Source: an uncultured Acidobacteriota bacterium (GTDB lineage Bacteria; Acidobacteriota; UBA6911). From it: a stretch of 64,000 nt of DNA. The translations under genes were made by a program, and so were the position numbers. Of the stretch, positions 57,001 through 64,000 are shown piece by piece (positions within the stretch are counted from its first letter, which is position 1; each line of letters starts with the position of its first letter). Where the stretch lies: contig CAWHCF010000049.1 in assembly GCA_963827655.1 (NCBI GenBank), forward strand, positions 128,001-192,000, read 5' to 3'. Under the pieces are notes generated by a model. It worked only from the letters and a program-made list of their open reading frames with translations. It searched no databases and was not told where the DNA came from.

Positions 57001-57298
57001 AGAGGTGGCGATGTGGTTGAACCGGACTGCCTTCGCGCCCAACGTACTCGGAACATTTGGCAACCAGGGGCGGAACATGTGGCGGGGTCCGGGATACGCC
57101 ACAGTGGACCTTGGAGTTCACAAGAACTTCCAGGCTGCCGAAGCGCTCAGGATTCAGTTCCGCTTCGAAGTATTCAATGCTTTCAACCGCCCAAATCTGA
57201 TGGGGCCGAATGCCAGCCAGAATTCCGCTACATTCATGAGGACCACGACGGCCTTCGACCCGCGCATCCTGCAGTTCGCCATGAAGCTGATCTTTTGA
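54052..57298 (+). CDS. TonB-dependent receptor, Oar-like with carboxypeptidase-regulatory domain (frameshifts near 55243, 55505, 55818)
   Basis: GSISGVVKDSTGA, LPLNGRN, EFSVQTNNFSAEFG, NNFGPRFGFAW, C-terminal QFAMKLIF. Confidence 0.9.
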
Positions 57299-57381
57299 GG
57301 TGAGACTTTGGGTTTCGCTTGCGGCATCGCCGCAGCGGCGAGGCCAAGTTTTGAACTCTTCTTGTTTTGGAGAACGAAGCC

Positions 57382-58639
57382 ATGAGCCAAGAACATGAAA
57401 AAAAGCTTAGCCGGCGCAATTTCCTGCAGAGTTCCCTGGCGGCCGCAGCAGTGTCGGGTGCCGTCGCAATGCCTCGGCCGTCGGCTGCGGCGATTCCTGA
57501 CGGGCCCCTGCTGAGAGCCGGGCTCGTGGGTTGCGGAGGTCGTGGTACGGGCGCAGCCAGAGATATTGTCAAGGGGGCTCCCAACGTGAAGATTACCGCC
57601 TTGGCCGATGTATTCCAGGACCGGCTGAACCGCGCTCGAACGACGCTGGAGAAAGAGGGGCAGAACGTACCCGATGATCATTGTTTCGTGGGGTTCGATG
57701 GCTACAAAAAGCTGATTGCCAGCGACGTCGATGTTGTGCTCCTGGCGACACCGCCGCATTTCCGTCCCGCGCATTTTGCCGCCGCCGTGGATGCCCGGAA
57801 ACATGTTTTCATGGAAAAACCGGTCGCCGTGGACCCGGTCGGGATACGTTCCATTATTGCGAGCGGAGAGAAGGCGAAGACGTCTGGGGTTAAGCGTGGT
57901 GGCGGGAACCCAACGGCGACACAGTCCGGATTACCTCGAGGCCAGAAAACGAATCGCCGACGGCGCCATCGGGAAAATCGTAGCGGCGCGCGCTTACTGG
58001 AACCAGGGCCAACTGTGGTACAGGGAGCGTGATCCGAAGTGGTCCGACATGGAATGGATGATTCGTGACTGGGTAAACTGGGCCTGGCTTTCTGGAGACC
58101 ACATTGTCGAACAACACGTGCACAACCTCGATGTCATTAACTGGTTCACCGACAGTCATCCGGTAAAGGCCGTCGGCATGGGAGGACGAGCTCGCCGGGT
58201 GACCGGAGACCAGTTCGACTTTTTTGATGTCGACTTCGAATTCGCGGACGGAATGCACCTTCACAGCCTGTGCCGGCAGATCAACGGATGTAAGGATAAC
58301 GTTTCCGAATACATCGTAGGCACCAAGGGTTCCACCAACTGCGCCAACAAGATACTCGACCTCAACGGCACCCCGGTCTGGTCCTACGAAGGGCCAAAAC
58401 CGTCCCCGTATGTTCAGGAACACACCGATCTGGTGGCGGCGATTCGCGCCGGCAAGCCGATCAACGAGGCTCGGAACGTCGCCGAATCGACCCTGGTGGC
58501 CATCATGGGGCGGATTTCCGCCTACACAGGAAAAGAGGTTACCTGGGATGAGCTGATGAAGTCGGATCTCTGCCTGGGGCCCACCGAATACGCCCTCGGC
58601 CCCATGCCGATCGGTAAGGCGCCAGTTCCGGGAGCGTGA
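57382..58639 (+). CDS. Tat-exported Gfo/Idh/MocA oxidoreductase (frameshift near 57890)
   Basis: SRRNFL Tat motif, VGCGGRG, EKP, GDHIVEQHVHNLD. Confidence 0.88.
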
Positions 58640-58644
58640 CACCT

Positions 58645-58670
58645 CACCGCAAAGTCGCGAAGACGCCAGG
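58645..58670 (+). repeat. Degenerate family E repeat
   Basis: CACCGCAAAG-TCGCGAAG-ACGCCAGG between convergent genes. Confidence 0.55.
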
Positions 58671-58676
58671 GATTAA

Positions 58677-59748
58677 TCAAGAATCAAAGCCGACGAATAC
58701 CGGTTCAGGGGTTAGATCGACACCGAAAGTTGTCTTGACTCCGGTCTGAATCTCGCGCGCCAGGTTGAGCACATCCTCGGCTGTGGCGCCCCCTCGATTC
58801 ACAAGCGCGAGCGTGTGCTTGGAGGAAAGCGCTACTCTTCCGCGGGCATATCCTTTCGGAAATCCGGACCTCTCGATAAGCCAGGCAGCCGGTACTTTGA
58901 CGTTCCCAACAGGTGCCTTGTATCGAGGAAGGGTTTCGGCGGGGGATAGAAAACCGCCGCGTCGAGCAGCCTCCTGGATTTCCAAGTAAGCCGCTTCGCT
59001 CACAATCGGATTCTTGAAGAACGAACCTGCGCTCCTGCTATCCGGGTCACCCGAAATCAGAAGCATCGCCTTGCCCGCCCGAATGCTAAGGACGGCCTCG
59101 CGGACGTCGGTGAGCGAAGGGTCGCCGGGTCTTCCGGCGAAATAACGCTGAAGATCGGCATATTCGATCCGAGGTTTTCCATTCACACGAAGCGCATAGG
59201 TGACGCTGAGGACGATGTACCGGTCTCGCATGGTGGTGTTGAAGAGGCTGGTTCGATACGTGAAACCGCATTGCGCGTTGCTCAGCTCCAGAATCGAGCG
59301 CTTCTCTCGATCGAGGACCCGCACGGACACGATTACCTCGCTCACCTCCTCTCCGTAGGCGCCGACGTTTTGAACCGGCGTTCCCCCCACCGTTCCAGGA
59401 ATCCCGCTGAGGCACTCAATGCCAGCCCAGTTCCGCTCGACGGCCATCCGGACCACGGGATCCCAATCTTCGCCTGCCGCAGCCGTAAAGGTGCCGCTCT
59501 GCCCTGATCCGTGTTGTCGGATGCCACAAAGCGCCACCCTTAAAACCAGACCGGGGAAGCCTGAGTCGGCGATCAGCGTATTGCTCCCGCCCCCCAGGAT
59601 GAACACCGGAATTCCTCGACTATCAGCAAAGTCCAAAGCTTCCAGGGCGCGGCTTTCTTCAGTTGCTTCTGCCAGAAAGCGAGCCGGTCCACCGATCCCC
59701 AGAGTAGTGAAGGGGGCCAGAGGGCACGTTCTCAAGAATCCAGGACAT
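58677..59748 (-). CDS. murB: UDP-N-acetylmuramate dehydrogenase (frameshift near 59721)
   Basis: GGGSN, SGIPGTVGG, QNVGAYG, GSFFKNP. The probable true N-terminus MSWILENVP-LAPFTT starts at 59748. Confidence 0.92.
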
Positions 59749-59754
59749 CTCTCT

Positions 59755-59832
59755 AGTAGAAAGTAGAAAGTGCGAGTGTTGAGTGTTGAGTACTTTAAAT
59801 TACTTTTCACTCAGCACTTTCTACTTTCTACT
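59755..59832. repeat. Heptamer palindromic element, family D (AGTAGAA/AGTGTTG vs ACTTTCT/ACTCAGC)
   Basis: AGTAGAA-AGTAGAA-AGTGCG-AGTGTTG-AGTGTTG-AGT pairs with ACTCAGC-ACTTTCT-ACTTTCT-ACT and supplies the TAG of the LLM gene. Confidence 0.88.
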
Positions 59833-60823
59833 GGCGAAAATGCGGCAGGATTTCCTTACCGTAGACTCTGAGGGTCTCTTCTTCTTCGCCGCACATCAGG
59901 TAGATGTTGAACTGCGTGACCCCGCGGTTGAAAAGCTCCTTGAGCTTCTGGCGATGTGCGCCGATCGAGCCTACGACGCAATAGCGATCGACAATCTCAT
60001 CCGGCACAAAGGCCGCGTTGTCGCTCCCTACCTCTGCGTGGTGGTGATAGTCGTACCCCTTTCGGTTGTGGATATAGGCGGTTAATCCAGCCGGAAGCTC
60101 GGAAGGTTGGTACCGCGAAACCAGGTCTACTACGTGATTGGAAACCAGCGCCGGGAACCACCGCACGCGATCGCGCGCCAGCGCAAGATCGTCGGATACC
60201 CAAACCGGAGCGGCGCTCATGACCTCAATCGTCTTGGGGTCCCTTCCGGCTTTCTCGGCTCCCTCCCGGACGAAGCCCATGCACCACTGGATCAGATCAG
60301 GGTCCGCAAACTGGAGGACGATACCATCGGCGATCTTCCCGGCCAGGTGCAGGACTTTTGGACCATAACCCGCCACCCAGACCGGTACGTTCCCCTTGGC
60401 CCACGGCATGGAGATCGTTGCGCCGTCGTAGACCAGTTCCTCGCCCCGCGTCAAAACACGGATCGCGTTTACCGCCTCTTCCAGACGCTCCATCGTGGTA
60501 GGTTTCTTACCCATGACCCGGCGCGAGGAATCGCCGCGCCCGATACCCAGATCCATCCGTCCATTCGAGACGATGTTCAGCGTGGCCAGGAGACTGGCGG
60601 TAACCGTAGGATCCCGGACAACCGGATTGGTAACCAGCGTCCCCAATCGCATGGTTCGGGTGTTTATCGCCATGAGAGTCAGAAGCGGATAGGGTTCCTG
60701 CCAGAGAATGTGCGAATCAAAAGACCAGCCATATGTGAAACCGGCGCTCTCGGCCTGCCGGACCAGTGATACCAGGCGTTCCGGAGGCATGTCAGGTTTC
60801 AGGGTGATTCCAAAACTCGGCAT
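59828..60823 (-). CDS. LLM-class oxidoreductase, TIGR03842-like (predicted F420-dependent)
   Basis: FDSHILWQEP, LVTNPVVRD, GIGRGDS, QFNIYLM. Confidence 0.78.
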   Translation of the reverse strand: MPSFGITLKPDMPPERLVSLVRQAESAGFTYGWSFDSHILWQEPYPLLTLMAINTRTMRLGTLVTNPVVRDPTVTASLLATLNIVSNGRMDLGIGRGDSSRRVMGKKPTTMERLEEAVNAIRVLTRGEELVYDGATISMPWAKGNVPVWVAGYGPKVLHLAGKIADGIVLQFADPDLIQWCMGFVREGAEKAGRDPKTIEVMSAAPVWVSDDLALARDRVRWFPALVSNHVVDLVSRYQPSELPAGLTAYIHNRKGYDYHHHAEVGSDNAAFVPDEIVDRYCVVGSIGAHRQKLKELFNRGVTQFNIYLMCGEEEETLRVYGKEILPHFRQ

Positions 60824-61301
60824 AGTTCATCTCCTGCGCAAGAGATTAGTTCGCGTGACGGAGAAAGGCTATCCCTTTCTCTGTTTACTGGAAACCAGGA
60901 TGTCAGACTCGACGCCCCACAGACAATGACCAGGTCGAGCCATGCTGTCATTGTCGAAATCGAGGCTCGCGACGTCAGGGCATCAGAGAGTCAGGATGGG
61001 TGGGCCGCATGCCGGCTCTTCACGCTGGCAATGCACCTGGCTTATAATCCGCACGGTCGGGACTCATCGAGGACCAAGGAATACCGGGTCAAGTCAAAAG
61101 GCGCCTTCTCGGAAGCTCGGATCTTCCGGAAGTCGGCGCAAGAGGAGGGGTACATGGCGCTTGCCTCCTCCTATCCGACGCTTAGCGGAAGAGAGTAACG
61201 ATAACGGGAAGCGGGAGGTATGGAACCGCTCTTCGCCCGAAGTGTCGAGGCATCGGCACGGCGGGCAGGAGAGTAACGCGGCCACTACCTCCATCGCTGT
61301 G

Positions 61302-61958
61302 TCAGGCCGGCTGAAGGGCCGTCTTACGGCGGAACAAAGCCACGGCAATCCCACCAAAGAGGCAACCCACCACCACGGTATACGCAATCCAACCGGTAAG
61401 CTGAGGCACGAGCCCGATGAACAGCCATTTGGCAAACACGCCCATCTCCGGGAAGCCCGGCGGCGCTACGTCATAATGGGTACCCCAATTGCCAAGCATG
61501 GCCACGAGCATGAGGACGGCCACAGGAATCCGAGCCGCCAGGCCGTAGGCGAAAAGGACCTTGCCCAGCACCGGCGAGCCTGCATAGACGATAATCGTGC
61601 AAACCACCGAGGCGACGATGAAGAGGACGAGCGACGTCAAGGACGGCGAATTCGGGTCGAGTCCCAGGGCGAACACGCCTCCGAAACCGATCACAAAGAA
61701 GGCCGCCAGGCCCGACACCGCGTAGAGGACCGTCTTGCCGGCCTTGAGGGGTGCGGTTCCGGGCTGTGAGAGCTTGAGCGCGAAGTAAATTCCGAAGATC
61801 GGCACAAGCCACGCGATTCCGACGAGGGCGCCGCCGCCCCCCGCTTCGCGATTAAAGAGCACAGGTGACCAGTTCAGTAGCTCCCCGATGAGCCGCAGCA
61901 GAGTTACCCCAAGGGTGATGAGAGCCGGGACGCGGACGAGTTGAAAGAGGGACTCCAT
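61302..61958 (-). CDS. Hypothetical multi-pass membrane protein
   Basis: About six hydrophobic segments, AYGLAARIPV, WGTHYD. SD GGAG precedes MESLF. Confidence 0.7.
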   Translation of the reverse strand: MESLFQLVRVPALITLGVTLLRLIGELLNWSPVLFNREAGGGGALVGIAWLVPIFGIYFALKLSQPGTAPLKAGKTVLYAVSGLAAFFVIGFGGVFALGLDPNSPSLTSLVLFIVASVVCTIIVYAGSPVLGKVLFAYGLAARIPVAVLMLVAMLGNWGTHYDVAPPGFPEMGVFAKWLFIGLVPQLTGWIAYTVVVGCLFGGIAVALFRRKTALQPA

Positions 61959-62212
61959 GGATTGCTCCCTTCCGGTGCTTGGAGCTGCGCTTGCGGCTCC
62001 TGCACCACTGGTGTGATTGTACACTGCCCACATCATACAACCTCTTGGCCTGCAAGAGAATTATCGGACTTGCGCCAGGAGGAATTGAGGAATTGAGAAA
62101 GTTGCAACCTTACCGAGCCCTTTCCTCCAAAAAGACCGCCCGAAACGGAGGCATTTCGTGGGTGACCCGAATTATCCTGGCCCGCCAGGGACTCCTCCAC
62201 TAAAATCGACTC

Positions 62213-62338
62213 ATGTCCTTGTCCGCCAACACGCGCCTCGGCCCGTACGAAATTCTCGCGCCGCTCGGCGCGGGCGGCATGGGGGAAGTGTATCGCGCCA
62301 AAGACACGAGACTGAAGCGCCTGGTGCCGGCGAAGTAG
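62213..62338 (+). pseudogene. N-terminal fragment of a Ser/Thr protein kinase
   Basis: [41 protein letters not shown] covers subdomains I-II only. panE follows convergently. Confidence 0.85.
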
Positions 62339-62404
62339 CTCTCGCGCTCCACCGATATCCATTCAGTGGGTGGGTGCCGGCAGCTTCCGACGCGAATGGA
62401 GATT

Positions 62405-63385
62405 TCAGACGCTGGACCGCACGACGACCTTCTCCAAAAGCCTGGTGGAGGCGTATATGGTTCGGGTATGCGGAATCGAGACTCCAAGCCGGTCCGCTAG
62501 CTCCACCACGGCCCCGACGATGGGCTCTAATTCGAGCGGCTTGCCCGCCTCGAGATCCTGCAGCATGCTGGTCTTGAATGCTCCGACCCGGGCGGCTGCT
62601 TCAAGACGTTTGTCGATTGGAATATCCGTTTCCATCCCGATCGCGCGGCCCACGCCCTCGATCTCTTCCATGATCGCTCGAATCAGGGTTCGGACGGCAG
62701 GATCCTGCGTCATCTGTTCGAGCGTCGCGCGCGTGAGCGCGCTCAGCGGGTTGAAGGCGACGTTTCCCAGAAGCTTGACCCAGATGTCATGACGAATGCG
62801 CTTGCGAATCGGACACTTCAAGCCTGCCTTCTGGAAGACGGCAGAGATTCTTCGGCACCGATCGCTGACAGCTCCATCCAGCTCCCCTATGGGGAAATGA
62901 TTTCCTCCGACGTGAACGATGACGCCCGGTTCCGAAATCACGGTTGAACAATTGATCACACACCCGATGACACGGCGGGTTTCCACGGTCGCGGCCAGTT
63001 TTCCCTCTGGATCTGTCGTTTCCAGGCGGAGACCCTCCAGCGGCCCCCCGTGATTCTGAAAATACCACCAGGGGATGCCGTTCTGCCCGATCACCAGGGG
63101 GGTATCGCTGGAGAGCAGGGGCTTGAGGCGCGGCGCCATCTCGGGGAGACTGTGAGCCTTCAACGTAACCAGGACCAGGTCCACGGAACCAATCACCGCC
63201 GGTTCATCCGTCGCCAGTGGATGCGCGGTGAACTCGCCCTCGGCGGAGCGAACCGTCACTCCACGTTCTTGAATCGCCCGAAGATGTTTACCTCGAGCGA
63301 CCAGGGCCACCTCTTCTCCCGCCGCCCAGAGCTTGGCGCCTGCAAAGGCGCCGATCGCCCCGGCCCCAATGACTGCAATTTTCAT
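62405..63385 (-). CDS. panE: 2-dehydropantoate 2-reductase family protein
   Basis: IGAGAIG, QNGIPWW, WVKLLGN, KTSMLQD..LE. Confidence 0.88.
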   Translation of the reverse strand: MKIAVIGAGAIGAFAGAKLWAAGEEVALVARGKHLRAIQERGVTVRSAEGEFTAHPLATDEPAVIGSVDLVLVTLKAHSLPEMAPRLKPLLSSDTPLVIGQNGIPWWYFQNHGGPLEGLRLETTDPEGKLAATVETRRVIGCVINCSTVISEPGVIVHVGGNHFPIGELDGAVSDRCRRISAVFQKAGLKCPIRKRIRHDIWVKLLGNVAFNPLSALTRATLEQMTQDPAVRTLIRAIMEEIEGVGRAIGMETDIPIDKRLEAAARVGAFKTSMLQDLEAGKPLELEPIVGAVVELADRLGVSIPHTRTIYASTRLLEKVVVRSSV

Positions 63386-63525
63386 CTGATGCGACTCCTC
63401 CAAGGTGAAATCAGCCGCGAGTCTAGCCCAACTTAGCCGCAGGCAAAAGCCGCCACTAAAGGGCCACCCGGATTATCGTGAGCACCTCGATAGCGACCGA
63501 GCGTGAGCTCCAGCGAACTCTCGGG

Positions 63526-63574
63526 TTGACAAGGCGGATATCGTGAACTAAAACTTAGGTGAAATTTGATTTCA
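63526..63574 (+). promoter_or_regulatory. Putative promoter with a downstream Fur-like 7-1-7 box
   Basis: TTGACA (63526), 17-nt spacer, TAAAAC, then TGAAATT-T-GATTTCA at 63560-74, upstream of an iron permease. Confidence 0.55.
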
Positions 63575-63597
63575 ATTTTCGTTTCAGGAAAATCGCC

Positions 63598-64000
63598 ATG
63601 TTGCAGGCTTTCGTTATTACCCTCCGTGAAGGAATAGAAGCGTTTCTGATCGTCGCCATCAGCGTCTCCTACTTGCGCAAGATGGGGCGGGAGGCCCTCT
63701 TACAGCCGGTGTATTGGGGCATTGCCGCGTCAGTTTTTACCAGCGCCGCGGCGGGTTACCTGTTTTCATTCGCTTCGAACCAGGCTCTCTGGGAAGGGAC
63801 GCTTGCTGTGGTGGCGGCGATCCTTGTGGCCACCCTGGTCGTGCACATGTGGCGCGCGGGCCGCACCCTCAAGGCTCGTATCCAGGCGCGGCTGAAGATT
63901 GCCGCCGAAGCGCCCGACCGGCGCGCCTGGCTGGGCGTTTTCCTGTTCATTGTGCTCATGATTACTCGTGAAGGAATGGAAACCGCGCTTTTGCTGGGCA
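63598..64000 (+). CDS. FTR1 family iron permease, 3'-partial
   Basis: MLQAFVITLREGIEA and a second REGMET motif near 63965. Confidence 0.88.
   Translation, partial: MLQAFVITLREGIEAFLIVAISVSYLRKMGREALLQPVYWGIAASVFTSAAAGYLFSFASNQALWEGTLAVVAAILVATLVVHMWRAGRTLKARIQARLKIAAEAPDRRAWLGVFLFIVLMITREGMETALLLG

Noticed and set aside
60824-61301. Short ORFs (60926..61198 +, 61094..61435 -) in an unexplained ~480-bp gap
   Set aside because: No recognisable motifs or convincing starts. It may be a decayed gene, but I cannot support a call.
62081-62104. GGAATTGA x2 short tandem
   Set aside because: Too short and single-locus in this window.

Overview
A GC-rich (roughly 60% by eye) chromosomal window from a diderm bacterium, most likely Acidobacteriota. 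That call rests on lpxC, an Oar-like TonB-dependent receptor and an [11 protein letters not shown] kinase stub. Gene content in order: (1) an uncharacterised envelope-type cluster (caspase-like domain, TPR/zincin protein, DUF4159, MoxR AAA+, DUF58, BatA/vWA, giant DUF4175-like protein) running into a UDP-GlcA decarboxylase, a DegT aminotransferase and a sulfatase; (2) class A PBP, ThiF/MoeB, gdhA, lpxC; (3) an attenuator-led trpE-G-C-F-B-A/chorismate mutase/DAHP synthase/tyrA supraoperon that lacks trpD; (4) tRNA-Leu-tig-clpP-clpX-lon-engB-rho; (5) queD, an FAD/Fe-S oxidoreductase, a CBM9-like protein, gltA, a di-heme cytochrome c, a PilX-like protein, LemA/TPM genes, a TBDR, a Gfo/Idh oxidoreductase, murB, an LLM oxidoreductase, panE and FTR1. 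About 20 single-base frameshifts, including in rho, clpX and murB, look like long-read consensus errors. The most striking unexplained structure is a dense set of gene-junction repeats. About ten palindromic elements are built from 7-bp tandem units in four sequence families (GATTGAC, GATTGCG, CATTGGT, AGTAGAA/AGTGCTG). There are also about 13 copies of a ~36-bp, 8-bp-periodic repeat (ACCACGAAG-ACACGAAG...). These repeats repeatedly supply stop or start codons or C-terminal residues to core genes. No cognate mobilising enzyme is present in the window.
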